Shown in pieces: positions 9,155 through 19,237 of a DNA stretch of 64,000 nucleotides; the stretch's first letter is position 1; each line of letters starts with the position of its first letter. The notes under the pieces are model-generated. The model saw only the letters and a program-made list of their open reading frames with translations. It had not been told where the DNA came from and did not search any database. The DNA is from Candidatus Ozemobacteraceae bacterium (GTDB lineage: Bacteria > Muiribacteriota > Ozemobacteria > Ozemobacterales > Ozemobacteraceae), in assembly GCA_965140445.1 (NCBI GenBank), contig OZ223236.1, positions 64,001 through 128,000 of the forward strand, written 5' to 3'. A program made the translations under genes and the position numbers.

Positions 9155-10060
9155 TTATGTTTCACGTGGAACCCCATTAGAAGAAAACTTATTAAATAGA
9201 ATAATCGACGCTGCAATCATTACCATACCAAGAATAGATTGTACCTGTGGCGATTCACCCGGCAAAAACACCCAACTCAAAACAGCTCCCGAAACAGGAA
9301 TAATAAACTTCCACAAATTTAAATCAGAGACTTTAACCCCACGCTGCCTCAATAACCAAAACCACAGAGAAAATGCGACTGCGGAGATAAATGATAGCCA
9401 GAGCAAGGAGGCGAGAAAATGCCACTCTGGCAATTGAGAACCCACGATGTACCCTTCCTCACAAAAAAGAGAAATAACAAATAGCCCAAAGCCGCCCAGA
9501 AATATCTGCATTGAATTTTGAAAAATTGCTGGTAGTCTGGACGGGTATTTTACGACCACAACATTTCCAAATGCCGAAGAGCAGCATGATCCAAGAATTA
9601 AAAGCATTCCAGACAAACTATTCTGCGCTCCGGAAAAATTTCCATTGCGCCCAAGAATTATCAAGCCAACCCCCATCACCCCTACTAACAGGCTAAATGT
9701 CTTTCCTGGAGTTAGTCGATCCGATTTTAGGAAAAAATGTGACATTATCGCAGCCCAAAGCGGAGATGAACCAACAATAATAGCGGTTACAGCTCCTGAA
9801 ACCTTTGCAATACCAGCATAAAATAATGAATACAAAAGAAAGGTCTGAAAAAAACTTAACAAAAGTAATTTTGGGAAACTTTTCTTAAAGTCAATAAAAC
9901 CGGGGCGCTCTCGCCACCAAAACGGTATCAAAAGCACCCCGGAAATCATAAATCTTATGCCTGCAAAGTAAAATGGAGTAGCAAAATTTAAGCCGATTTT
10001 TATGCCAACAAAAGCAGTCGACCACAAAAAACAACAAAGAATAGCAAGAAACTTTACCAC
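9155..10060 (-). CDS. DMT/EamA family transporter
   Basis: LWSTAFVGIK, FAGIRF, about 10 TM segments. Confidence 0.9.
   Translation of the reverse strand: MVKFLAILCCFLWSTAFVGIKIGLNFATPFYFAGIRFMISGVLLIPFWWRERPGFIDFKKSFPKLLLLSFFQTFLLYSLFYAGIAKVSGAVTAIIVGSSPLWAAIMSHFFLKSDRLTPGKTFSLLVGVMGVGLIILGRNGNFSGAQNSLSGMLLILGSCCSSAFGNVVVVKYPSRLPAIFQNSMQIFLGGFGLFVISLFCEEGYIVGSQLPEWHFLASLLWLSFISAVAFSLWFWLLRQRGVKVSDLNLWKFIIPVSGAVLSWVFLPGESPQVQSILGMVMIAASIILFNKFSSNGVPRET
9158..9173. promoter_or_regulatory. parS: parS centromere-like site
   Basis: TGTTTCACGTGGAACC; reverse complement GGTTCCACGTGAAACA is 15/16 identical to TGTTCCACGTGAAACA. Confidence 0.75.
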
Positions 10061-10116
10061 TAATTACGCCATTTTAACCAATCCGCAATTGAGATTTACC
10101 AAGTTGTAAGCAAAAC

Positions 10117-10617
10117 CTATTTTATTACTTTTATAAGTTCGACTTCGAAATTTAAAGTTGCATTTGGTGGAATTACGTTGCCAGCACCCATTGCTCCATA
10201 ACCAAGCTCAGGAGGGATTATCACCTGCCATCTGCCGCCTTCTTTCATCATCTGAAGTGCTTGAGTCCACCCCTTGATAACTTGATTAACCCTGAATGTA
10301 GTAGACTGACCTCTGCCATAGGAACTATCAAACTCCTTACCGTCCATCAAAGTGCCTCGATAATGAACTTCAACCTGCTCAGTTTCCTGAGGACTTCGTC
10401 CTGTACCTTTGCGAAGAACCCTATATTTCAACCCGGATGGCAAAACAGTTAATTCAGAATCCTGAGGAATTCCCACCGCTGGTGGGATTTTGGACGGATG
10501 GATAAATCCACCTTTTTGCTTTGGAGCCTTATTATCACAGCCTGCAAGCAAAATACCAAACGCTACAAGTCCTATAAATAATACGCTTGTTTTAAATATT
10601 TTCAAGATTTCCTCCAT
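10117..10617 (-). CDS. FKBP-type peptidyl-prolyl isomerase, lipoprotein
   Basis: LAGC lipobox; VHYRGTL, FDSSY, VIKGW, IPPELGYG, IPPNATLNFEVEL. Confidence 0.93.
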   Translation of the reverse strand: MEEILKIFKTSVLFIGLVAFGILLAGCDNKAPKQKGGFIHPSKIPPAVGIPQDSELTVLPSGLKYRVLRKGTGRSPQETEQVEVHYRGTLMDGKEFDSSYGRGQSTTFRVNQVIKGWTQALQMMKEGGRWQVIIPPELGYGAMGAGNVIPPNATLNFEVELIKVIK

Positions 10618-10631
10618 ATAATACGGAAAAC

Positions 10632-10664
10632 AAAAGTCGTGCCGGAACTCCCGACACGACTTCT
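10632..10664 (-). terminator. Terminator after rubredoxin
   Basis: Minus strand aagtcgtgtcgg-gagtt-ccggcacgactt followed by ttgtttt. Confidence 0.75.
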
Positions 10665-10678
10665 ATTAAGACATTAAA

Positions 10679-10837
10679 TCAAGCTTTTTCGAACTGATCT
10701 TTGCCTACGCCACAAGCTGGGCAAACCCAATCTTCTGGTATATCTTCAAACTTTGTACCAGGAGCAATTCCGTTATCAGGATCGCCTACTTCGGGATCGT
10801 ATTCATAACCGCATACTGTGCAAACATATTTATCCAT
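10679..10837 (-). CDS. Rubredoxin (52 aa)
   Basis: Not in ORF track. [60 protein letters not shown]. Confidence 0.97.
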   Translation of the reverse strand: MDKYVCTVCGYEYDPEVGDPDNGIAPGTKFEDIPEDWVCPACGVGKDQFEKA

Positions 10838-10852
10838 ATTAATGGCCTCCAT

Positions 10853-11374
10853 TTAAAATGTTTCAACTATTTTCTGAAGAAGTATCACTTCGTTCTCTTC
10901 CAACCAATTATCTACCATAAAAACAGGATACTTTTCATCCTCAATTACAGCAGTTTTTACCGGACGTTCAGACTTCTCGTCAATTGCTGCCGGGAGAGGT
11001 TCAACCACCCCATCTTTAAGCCTATATTCAATGCTATCAGCCAACATGCCTACATAAGAATTATCTGTTAGCTTGAAACAAATCATCCTGGTCTCAAGCG
11101 TCTTATCAATAGCTTTACTGAACCCCAATCTATCACGCAAATTAACCTGTGGAATAATATTTCCGCGAATATTTACCACACCTTCGATAATTTCTGAAGC
11201 TTCAGGTATATTTATCAAAGTCCCCGGCATTTTTACTTCTGCAACATCTAAAGCCGGTATGGCAAAAACTCTATTGCTAACATTAAATAGAAAGAATTTT
11301 TCAAACCTTCCAGCAATGTTTTTTTCTCGGGCATTTCTGGCAATTCTTTTTATTAATGGAAGTATTGGGGTCAT
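10853..11374 (-). CDS. CheW-like protein
   Basis: FAIPALDVAEV, IEGVVNIRGNIIPQVNLRDRLG, VGMLADSI; probable ATG at 11374. Confidence 0.82.
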   Translation of the reverse strand: MTPILPLIKRIARNAREKNIAGRFEKFFLFNVSNRVFAIPALDVAEVKMPGTLINIPEASEIIEGVVNIRGNIIPQVNLRDRLGFSKAIDKTLETRMICFKLTDNSYVGMLADSIEYRLKDGVVEPLPAAIDEKSERPVKTAVIEDEKYPVFMVDNWLEENEVILLQKIVETF

Positions 11375-11375
11375 T

Positions 11376-13007
11376 TTAATCTCCAAGATCGGTGAACAAA
11401 CCAAGCCCTTTTGCAGCCTGATTCGCTTCAATTTGTGTTCTAGGAATAACTCCAGAAGATTCAGAATCTAATCCCATAGCCGAAGTCTTCTTGGCTCTTT
11501 TTTCTGCCCAACTTCGCAGCTCTTCAATCTTTTCTCTCATAGTTACATACAACGGGACAGTTTCTTTTAAAGCAGCCAGAATAAAATCGGTATTAATATC
11601 TGACTGGGCGTGAAATGCCTCATACATTGCTTCAATAATTGCCTGCTCAATTTCTGCACCAGAAAACCCGTTACTGGCTGCTGAGAGTTTTGCTGCATCT
11701 ACGACTTCCGGGTTTCTCCCACGTTTTTTCACATGAATTTTGAAGATCTCTTCACGCTCTTTTGCATTTGGTAGATCAACAAAAAAGATTTCATCAAAAC
11801 GACCTTTTCTTAGAAGCTCTGGAGGCAGCTCTTTGATAGAGTTGGCCGTTGCGATTACAAAAACCGGAACTGTTTTTTCCTGAAGCCAGGTTATGAAGCT
11901 ACCGAAGATCCTGGTTCCAACGCCACCATCTCCGCCACTTCCTCCACCTACTCCAGAAAAAGCTTTTTCAATCTCATCCATCCATAATATGGTTGGGGAA
12001 AGAGCTTCGGCCATATTTATAGCTTTACGTAGATTCTCTTCTGATTCTCCAACGTATTTACCAAAAATAGAGCCAACATCAAGCCTAAGCAATGGCAAAC
12101 GCCACAAAGCGCTTATAGCTTTACTAATCAAACTTTTCCCGCAGCCCTGAACACCGAGAAGTAAAATTCCTTTAGGCTCAGGCAACCCAAAATCTCTCGC
12201 CCTTGCAGTAAAAGCTTCGCCTCTCTTTACAAGCCAATCTTTAAGAATTTCAAGGCCGCCAACACTATCAAAGCTATCCTGGACTTCATAGAACTCCAAC
12301 AGACCACTTTTTCGAATAATCTGTTTTTTCTCAGAGAGAATGAACGGAATATCGGCCTCATCAAATCTCAAATCATTAACAATCGCACGATTAAAAACAT
12401 TTTCAATTTCTGCAACAGTAAGCCCTGAAACTGATTTTACAATCCTATCCTTATCATCAGCAGACAAGCTGACAGTAACTTTTTCTCCATAAGTTTTTTT
12501 AACCTGCTGAACAGTGGAATCAAGAAGATCAGAAATCTCTTTTAAATCTGGCAGAGGAAAATCAAAAACACTGATATCTTTTTCAAGCTCAGTTGGAATT
12601 TTCAGAATTGGGCTGAGAATAATCAAGCTTTTAAAACTGGTTCTAAAGCTGATCGCAATATCTCTAAGGACTCTTCTAACCTGAAGAGGGTCAGTTACAT
12701 ATTGTGGAAAAGGATCTTCCAGAAATAAATGCAAGTCCTTAAACACAAAAATAGCTTTCTCCTGCGATTTATTAATATACCTTAAAGCCTTCAGAGGACC
12801 GCACATGCTCTTTCCCTCTGAATCTAATATTTCTTTACCGTCAGGATCTATCAAACCATCAGATACAGACCACACCCAAAGTCGCTTTCCTGTTTGCTGA
12901 GCAACAGAACTAACACCCCTTAAAGCGCGATCTTCTTCGCTTGAAACCAGATATAAAATGGGGTATCTGGCACGTACATAGTCGGAAATTTCTTTAATAA
13001 CGTTCAT
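11376..13007 (-). CDS. Ycf46-family AAA+ ATPase
   Basis: [14 protein letters not shown]-terminus, [34 protein letters not shown]. Confidence 0.9.
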   Translation of the reverse strand: MNVIKEISDYVRARYPILYLVSSEEDRALRGVSSVAQQTGKRLWVWSVSDGLIDPDGKEILDSEGKSMCGPLKALRYINKSQEKAIFVFKDLHLFLEDPFPQYVTDPLQVRRVLRDIAISFRTSFKSLIILSPILKIPTELEKDISVFDFPLPDLKEISDLLDSTVQQVKKTYGEKVTVSLSADDKDRIVKSVSGLTVAEIENVFNRAIVNDLRFDEADIPFILSEKKQIIRKSGLLEFYEVQDSFDSVGGLEILKDWLVKRGEAFTARARDFGLPEPKGILLLGVQGCGKSLISKAISALWRLPLLRLDVGSIFGKYVGESEENLRKAINMAEALSPTILWMDEIEKAFSGVGGGSGGDGGVGTRIFGSFITWLQEKTVPVFVIATANSIKELPPELLRKGRFDEIFFVDLPNAKEREEIFKIHVKKRGRNPEVVDAAKLSAASNGFSGAEIEQAIIEAMYEAFHAQSDINTDFILAALKETVPLYVTMREKIEELRSWAEKRAKKTSAMGLDSESSGVIPRTQIEANQAAKGLGLFTDLGD

Positions 13008-13110
13008 CTTATACCCCCATATTTTTTGCCATTCTATCAGAAACAGCTTTTCAGACCAATACCCTTGCTAGAAAGCACTAACTAATGGTATTTCGCTTAC
13101 AAAAAGAAGT

Positions 13111-13698
13111 CTATTTGCCCTGCAAGAACTCTATAAAATCCTTCATTGCTCTTGCTCGGTGACTAATTTTGTTTTTTTCATCAGAATCAAGTTCAGCTAC
13201 CGAACAGTTCTTTTCCGGCAACATAAAAATCGGGTCATAACCAAATCCGCCTGCTCCGCTTCTTTCAAAGCCGATTACCCCAGGAAAGATCCCTTCAAAC
13301 TCATGTTCCATGCCTGAAGCATCTATATAGGCAATAACGCATCTGAATCTTGCGGTTCGCTTTTCTTTTGGAACGCCGGCTAATTCAACCAATAGCTTTT
13401 CAATGTTCTTTTCATGATCGCCATCAAACCCGGAATACCTGGAAGAATAAATCCCGGGCCTTCCGTTCAGAGCATCAACCTCAAGCCCTGAATCATCGGC
13501 AAAAACAGGCTCATTCACCTCTTTAAAAAGAGCTTTGGCCTTTATAAGGGCATTTTCACTATAGGTTGTTCCATTTTCTTCAATGTCTGGAAAGTCAGGC
13601 AAATCGCGAAGACTCCTTACAGAATAGGAACTCCCCAAAATGTGCTGAATTTCTTCTACTTTATGCGAGTTCTTTGTTGCAACCCAAATATTCATCAA
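13111..13698 (-). CDS. rdgB: dITP/XTP pyrophosphatase
   Basis: ATKNSHK, ADDSGL, GFGYDPIF, KISHR. Confidence 0.95.
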   Translation of the reverse strand: MMNIWVATKNSHKVEEIQHILGSSYSVRSLRDLPDFPDIEENGTTYSENALIKAKALFKEVNEPVFADDSGLEVDALNGRPGIYSSRYSGFDGDHEKNIEKLLVELAGVPKEKRTARFRCVIAYIDASGMEHEFEGIFPGVIGFERSGAGGFGYDPIFMLPEKNCSVAELDSDEKNKISHRARAMKDFIEFLQGK

Positions 13699-14426
13699 AT
13701 ATTTTCCAACGCCTTATCTTGTAGCTCAAACAACTTTTTGATGCCTTCTTCGCCAAGATCAATCATCTGGTTTAGTTGTTCTCTGCTGTAGGTTCCGTCT
13801 TCTGCGGTTCCCTGAACTTCAACAAAACCACCACTTCTTGTCATAACAAGATTTAAATCTGTCTCTGCTTTAGAATCTTCAGGATAATCAAGATCAAGAT
13901 GAGCTTTCCCATCCAAAATCCCTATGCTTACAGCAGCAATGCGATTGACAATTGGATTTTCAGTAAGTTTACCTTCGGCCATCAATTTTTTAACTGCCAT
14001 TTCAAGAGCGACCATTGCGCCAGTAATTGAAGCTGTCCTTGTTCCGCCATCTGCCTGAAGAACATCACAATCAATCATCAAAGTTCTTTGGCCCAATTTG
14101 GTTAAGTCCAGAGCAGTTCTCATTGCGCGTCCTACTAAACGCTGAATTTCATGAACACGACCTTTTACAGTTGTTTTTCCATAACCCGCTCTTGGATTTC
14201 TTGACAATCCACAAGCAGGCATCAAAGCGTATTCAGCAGTTAACCAGCCCTGTGGAACAGATCTGGATTCAACAAAAGGTGGAACTTTTTCTTCAACCTG
14301 GACGGTACACAAGACTCTTGTGTCGCCAAAAGATATCAGGGCGGACCCATGTGGGTATTTTACAAATCCTGTTTCTATGGTTACAGGTCTCATTTCGTTT
14401 AATGCGCGACCATCGTGCCTTGTCAT
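13695..14426 (-). CDS. rph: Ribonuclease PH
   Basis: RHDGR, GWLTAEY, EIQRLVGR, DVLQADGGTRTASITG. Confidence 0.97.
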   Translation of the reverse strand: MTRHDGRALNEMRPVTIETGFVKYPHGSALISFGDTRVLCTVQVEEKVPPFVESRSVPQGWLTAEYALMPACGLSRNPRAGYGKTTVKGRVHEIQRLVGRAMRTALDLTKLGQRTLMIDCDVLQADGGTRTASITGAMVALEMAVKKLMAEGKLTENPIVNRIAAVSIGILDGKAHLDLDYPEDSKAETDLNLVMTRSGGFVEVQGTAEDGTYSREQLNQMIDLGEEGIKKLFELQDKALENI

Positions 14427-14602
14427 GTTCTTTTCCTCCGCCAGTTAATTTTTCATAGCAAGAATATCACTTATTAAAGACAGATAAAAGAAAAACTTCC
14501 CCTAACTCGGTCTTGTAACCGTGCAAACTTTTGCCTATCATTTACTCCAATTTTTTTCTACAATTAGAGTTCACTTGGTTTAGAAAATGAAAGGATAGTT
14601 AA

Positions 14603-14935
14603 ATGACATCAACAACAGAGACCTCTACGGCCAATAAAGGGAAAAGCCACATAGAATATCTTTTAGCCTTCCTGAGTGTGGTAATTCCTGCTCTGGTTCT
14701 TTTTTCCGGCCATCTTTATAAAGAAACCGAGGCAAAAAGAGGGATACATGAAAAATATGTTGAAATGTCAATCAAAGTATTAAGCCAAAAACCAGATCCA
14801 AAAACCATAGAGTTAAGAAAATGGGCATTAAAGGTTTTACATAGGTATAGCGAAATTCCAATACATGAAGAAGCTCAAAAACACATTCTTGAAAATGCAC
14901 TTCCTTCTGAAACCGTCTCCAACGATCAAATATAG
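14603..14935 (+). CDS. Hypothetical single-TM protein
   Basis: 110-aa ORF with AAGGA RBS and one hydrophobic helix. Confidence 0.6.
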   Translation: MTSTTETSTANKGKSHIEYLLAFLSVVIPALVLFSGHLYKETEAKRGIHEKYVEMSIKVLSQKPDPKTIELRKWALKVLHRYSEIPIHEEAQKHILENALPSETVSNDQI

Positions 14936-14942
14936 AGTTTAA

Positions 14943-15524
14943 TTGTTAATGAAGTCATCTAAGAAAAGTCATATTGTTCCAGAAATAGAAACTCCCAGGA
15001 CGATTATGACCATTTTAAATTCCCAAAAAGCCCATTTGATTCATGAATACTATCTGTTAAACAAATCTCGACTGGCAAAATTTGAGCCATTAAGACCCAG
15101 AGATTTTTTTACGCTTTCAAACTGGGAAATGAGAACAGGTGCTTCATTCAAAAATTTCCTCGATGGGACCTCTGTTAATTTTGTAGCTCTGGACAAAGAG
15201 TTTAAAACGATGCTTGGCGCAGTAAATTTCACAGGAATAGCAATGGGACCGTTCAAGGCTTGCTTTATGGGTTTTTCCATAACTGGTGATATGGAGGGAA
15301 AAGGCCTGGCAACAGAAATTGTTTCAGCTGGAATAAACTTTATGTTTTCCGAAAAAAAACTCCATAGAATTATGGCAAACCATCTTCCGCAAAACATAAG
15401 AAGCGCTAATCTTTTAAAAAAATTGGGATTTGAAAAAGAAGGCTACGCAAAATCCTATTTAAAAATCGCCGGCCAATGGCAGGATCACGTTCTTAACTCA
15501 CTGGTTAACCCAGCAGATCTTTAA
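14943..15524 (+). CDS. RimJ-like GNAT N-acetyltransferase
   Basis: GKGLATE, LHRIMANHLPQNIRS, GFEKEGYAKSYLKIAGQWQDH. Confidence 0.88.
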   Translation: MLMKSSKKSHIVPEIETPRTIMTILNSQKAHLIHEYYLLNKSRLAKFEPLRPRDFFTLSNWEMRTGASFKNFLDGTSVNFVALDKEFKTMLGAVNFTGIAMGPFKACFMGFSITGDMEGKGLATEIVSAGINFMFSEKKLHRIMANHLPQNIRSANLLKKLGFEKEGYAKSYLKIAGQWQDHVLNSLVNPADL

Positions 15525-15550
15525 TTTCTTACATTTGAGTCGAGGATAAA

Positions 15551-16021
15551 ATGACAACAGGAAAACCACAAATAAATTGCAACTATGCCGCAGCTGTAGT
15601 CCTCAAAAAAGACAAAGATTCAACAAAAATGCTCATTCTCAAAAGAGCTGAAGAAACTTTAAATGGCATCTGGTGTCATGTTGCGGGTAGAATTGAAGAC
15701 AATGAAAAAGCTTGGGAAACAGCCTTAAGAGAAATAAAAGAAGAAACAGATTTAAAGCCTTACGAGTTTTATTCAAGCGACTACTGCGAAGTGTTTTATG
15801 AGACTGATAAAAACTCAATAGCTATGGTTCCTGCTTTTGTAGCATTTGTAAAACCCGATGCCAAAGTAGTGTTAAATAGTGAACACTCAGATTTCAAATG
15901 GGTAACCATTGAGCAAGCTTGCGAAATGGTCCCCTTCAGAACACAGCGAGAATTATATAACTGCGTAAAGGAAGAGTTCATTCTACGCTCCCCACAACAA
16001 CTGCTAAAAATTGAAATCTAG
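15551..16021 (+). CDS. NUDIX hydrolase
   Basis: GRIEDNEKAWETALREIKEETDL Nudix box; EHSDFKW. Confidence 0.9.
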   Translation: MTTGKPQINCNYAAAVVLKKDKDSTKMLILKRAEETLNGIWCHVAGRIEDNEKAWETALREIKEETDLKPYEFYSSDYCEVFYETDKNSIAMVPAFVAFVKPDAKVVLNSEHSDFKWVTIEQACEMVPFRTQRELYNCVKEEFILRSPQQLLKIEI

Positions 16022-16129
16022 CAACTTTCTTTGTAAAAAGAGATTAATTTCATTTTTTATGTCTTGATTCCTAAGTAAAACATAGGCATAATCTGCTGAC
16101 TTAATTCCAAAAATATCCGGGAGTCACAC

Positions 16130-16762
16130 ATGAATACCACAGAAATAATCGGGTATATTGGTTCATTACTTGTCGCTGTTTCGCTTAGTATGAAATCTGT
16201 TTGGCGGCTACGTTGGATCAATCTATTTGGCAGTTCATTTTTTGCTATTTATGGCTATTTAATAGGTGCTTTGCCAATTCTAATAGTAAATTCGTATATA
16301 GCTATTATGAATGTCTGGTACATCGTTGATTATTCCAGAAATGCAGCGTGCCTAAGCTTTGATTCAGTTAAAAGCCTCGGCGAAAACTACTTTCAGCGAT
16401 TTTACAATTTCTATGAAGATGATATCAGGGCATTTTTTCCAGAAGTATCCTTTAATGAACTAACGGAAGCTGAAACTTCCATCCTTTTTCGAAATATGAT
16501 CCCGGTTGGAATTTTCTCAATCCATTCCGCTTCAGAAGGTCGAGCCAAGATAATCATGGATTATCTGGTTCCGGAGTTCAGAGACTTCCGGTTCGGAAAA
16601 TTTATCTATATGAAAAAATCCTACGTGTTTAGAGATAGAAAAATAAATATCTTAGAGGCTAACACAGAGATTAAGGCGCACAAAGACTACTTAATCAAGC
16701 TTGGATTTATGGTAAACAAACAAAACGAAAATGGTGGCTGGAAATTAGAAAAGAAAGTTTAG
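16130..16762 (+). CDS. Membrane protein, YgjV-like N-terminus with GNAT-like C-terminus
   Basis: LRWINLFGS..FAIYGYLI TM region; DYLVPEFRDFRFG, YLIKLGF. Confidence 0.6.
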   Translation: MNTTEIIGYIGSLLVAVSLSMKSVWRLRWINLFGSSFFAIYGYLIGALPILIVNSYIAIMNVWYIVDYSRNAACLSFDSVKSLGENYFQRFYNFYEDDIRAFFPEVSFNELTEAETSILFRNMIPVGIFSIHSASEGRAKIIMDYLVPEFRDFRFGKFIYMKKSYVFRDRKINILEANTEIKAHKDYLIKLGFMVNKQNENGGWKLEKKV

Positions 16763-16890
16763 ATTTCACCGCCATCTTAACGAGATGGCATAACTCAAAC
16801 CTTGATTTTTTCAATATAACTCTGCTAATTTGAGGTAGGAAAAATCAGATATAATTAATTCTATATATATTTTGTTTTAGAGAGGTTTTA

Positions 16891-18321
16891 ATGACAGAGA
16901 AGCCTTCGTATTCTGAGCTTGAAAAAAGAGTTCAGGAGCTTGAAAATAATCTTGAACAGCAAATCCAGCAAGGGCAGATACTTAAGCTCCTTGAAGTGTT
17001 ACTCAACACTATTCCCAGCCCTATCTTTCATAAAAATAAAGAAGGAATATATCAAAATTGCAATAGAGCTTTTTCTGAAAAAATCCTTGGCGTCCCAAGA
17101 AACGAAATCATAGGAAAAAGTCTTTTTGACATGCCAAAATTAGTCCCACCAGAAATGGCAAAGATTTACCATGAACAAGATTTAGAGTTAATGATCTCTG
17201 GGGGAATCCAGATTTATGAAGCACAGGTTCTCTGCAAAGACGGAGTAAAGAGAGACTATCTATTCAATAAAACTGTCGTCAAAGATTCCAGAGGCGAAAA
17301 TGTGGGAATCATAGGCGTAATGATTGATATCACTCAACGCATTGAATTTGAAAAGAAATTGCTGCAAAGCGAAGAAAGATTCAAATGCTTACTTGAAGCT
17401 TCTTTTGGTGGAATTGGAATACATGATAATGGAACAATTATTGACGTAAATAATAGCATGGCCGAATTAACAGGCTATAGCCCCGAAGAATTAATCGGAA
17501 TAAACGCCCTAGAACTTATTGCTCCAGAAGACCGTTCATTCGTAAAACAAAGAATTGAAAAACATACTTCAAGCACCTATGAAACGCTTGGACTGAGGAA
17601 ATCAGGAGAAACCTATCCCATGGAAATCAGGGGAAAGACCATCCCATATCAGAACAAGAGAGTAAGAGTATTTGAGTTTAGGGACATATCAGAAGCAAAA
17701 GCCAAACTAAGAGTTAAAGAAAGACTATTTTCAGAATATGAAACAATTTTTGAGAACAGCTCAGTTGGAATCCTCGTTCTAAAAAACGGCCGCTTTTTCT
17801 ACAAAGTTAACAACAGATTTTCTGAAATTTTTGGATTCAGCGAAGAAGAAGTAAAAGGGCAAAGCGTAAGATTAATCCACATTGATGAAAATAGTTTTGT
17901 TAATTTTGGAAATGAACATTTTGACAGATTAAGAAGTGGTAACAGAATTCTAGTCGATTACAAGTTATTAACCAAAAATCGAGGCCCAATCTGGTGCAAC
18001 CTTTATGGAAAAGCTATTTCCCCCCCAAACATCGACGATGGAGTTGTTTGGATCATAGAAGACATAAACGAAAAGAAACTATTAGAAGAAGAAAAAGAAA
18101 GAGTTCACAATGAACTGGAACAAGCCCTTAACAACATTAAAACTCTTGAAGGAATGCTTGCCATTTGTGCTAATTGCAAGAAAATCAGAACAAATGAGGG
18201 AGAATGGGACAGAATCGAAAAATACATTAGTGAAAGATCAAATGCTGAATTTAGTCATAGCATCTGCCCTGAATGCATGATTAAACTTTACGGAGAAGAA
18301 TTCGCTAAAGAAAAAAAATAG
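16891..18321 (+). CDS. Triple-PAS sensor protein with C-terminal Cys4 domain
   Basis: Three PAS/PAC repeats; tail LAICANCKKIR...FSHSICPEC; no recognisable enzymatic output. Confidence 0.85.
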   Translation: MTEKPSYSELEKRVQELENNLEQQIQQGQILKLLEVLLNTIPSPIFHKNKEGIYQNCNRAFSEKILGVPRNEIIGKSLFDMPKLVPPEMAKIYHEQDLELMISGGIQIYEAQVLCKDGVKRDYLFNKTVVKDSRGENVGIIGVMIDITQRIEFEKKLLQSEERFKCLLEASFGGIGIHDNGTIIDVNNSMAELTGYSPEELIGINALELIAPEDRSFVKQRIEKHTSSTYETLGLRKSGETYPMEIRGKTIPYQNKRVRVFEFRDISEAKAKLRVKERLFSEYETIFENSSVGILVLKNGRFFYKVNNRFSEIFGFSEEEVKGQSVRLIHIDENSFVNFGNEHFDRLRSGNRILVDYKLLTKNRGPIWCNLYGKAISPPNIDDGVVWIIEDINEKKLLEEEKERVHNELEQALNNIKTLEGMLAICANCKKIRTNEGEWDRIEKYISERSNAEFSHSICPECMIKLYGEEFAKEKK

Positions 18322-18341
18322 CAACAGAGAGACTATCCGGT

Positions 18342-18521
18342 TTGAATAAACAAATAACAATGCGATGTTCCAATTGCAAAAAGGTTTTTAAAACACTAAT
18401 TACTGGAAATCCAGAATCAGATATCGATATATTTGGAAATCCAATAAAGGTTGAAGAAAAAAACAACTGCCCTTTCTGCAACTCTTCAAATGTCTGCGAG
18501 ATCAGCCCTCAACAAGATTAA
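18342..18521 (+). CDS. Small zinc-ribbon protein (FmdB-like spacing)
   Basis: Not in ORF track. TTG 18342 or ATG 18360: MRCSNCKKVF...NNCPFCNSSNVCEISPQQD. Confidence 0.7.
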   Translation: MNKQITMRCSNCKKVFKTLITGNPESDIDIFGNPIKVEEKNNCPFCNSSNVCEISPQQD

Positions 18522-18753
18522 TCCAGCTCCCAAAAAAACTCTTTTTATTATAAAAAAACTCATACGTGACAAGTTTTATGCATATTTCTTAACATTTATT
18601 TACCCCCATAAGCCGCTCGCACAAAGAAACACAAGCCTCGTCTTAAAAAAAATTAACAAAAGGGGTTACGGGTTTTAAATTTCATTCTTATAATAAAAAT
18701 CAACAAGCAAGGACAAGCGTCCTTAAATAAGAAAACCTCGGAGGTTATGAGTA

Positions 18754-19170
18754 ATGAGTAAAATGTATAAGACCCTCGCAGTTCTTCTTCTCTCTCTTGG
18801 ACTTTTCGTATTCGGCGCCAACAATGAAACAATTGCTAAGAGCAAAAAGAAAGCAAGCTGGATCAAGAAAACAGTTAGAAAAGCCAAAAGAAAAATCAAA
18901 AAAACAGTCAAAAAAACAAGAAGAGCAGTTGTAAAAGCTGGTGCTTCTGTAACAAATAAAGTTGTAGACTCTGCTGTTAAAGCAAAAAGCAAAATCACAA
19001 GAAAAAAAGCCAAAAAGACTTGGGTAAAAGGCCATTACAAAAAAGGTAACAAAAAACATACCAAAGGCCATTTCAGAAAAGTTAGCAAAAAAGGAAAAAG
19101 AAAAAGTTCAAAAAGCTCAGCGTCAGCTGGCCAGCCACTTCCTTCAATGCCTAGCTTCAGCAAATCATAA
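18754..19170 (+). CDS. Secreted, very Lys/Arg-rich protein
   Basis: GGAGG RBS, signal-peptide-like N-terminus, about one third K/R; own terminator downstream. Confidence 0.8.
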   Translation: MSKMYKTLAVLLLSLGLFVFGANNETIAKSKKKASWIKKTVRKAKRKIKKTVKKTRRAVVKAGASVTNKVVDSAVKAKSKITRKKAKKTWVKGHYKKGNKKHTKGHFRKVSKKGKRKSSKSSASAGQPLPSMPSFSKS

Positions 19171-19181
19171 AATACTAATTT

Positions 19182-19221
19182 AAGAGAGCTGCCAAAAAAA
19201 ATTGGCAGCTCTCTTTGTTTT
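19182..19221 (+). terminator. Intrinsic terminator
   Basis: aagagagctgccaa / ttggcagctctctt followed by tgtttt. Confidence 0.85.
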
Positions 19222-19237
19222 AGGAGGAATGACTTGA

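Noticed and set aside
18451..18678. 75-aa plus-strand ORF
   Set aside because: Overlaps the better-supported zinc-ribbon ORF in another frame; no recognisable motif.
18723..19071. Hydrophobic minus-strand ORFs
   Set aside because: Antisense artefacts of the Lys-rich gene (AAA codons read as TTT).
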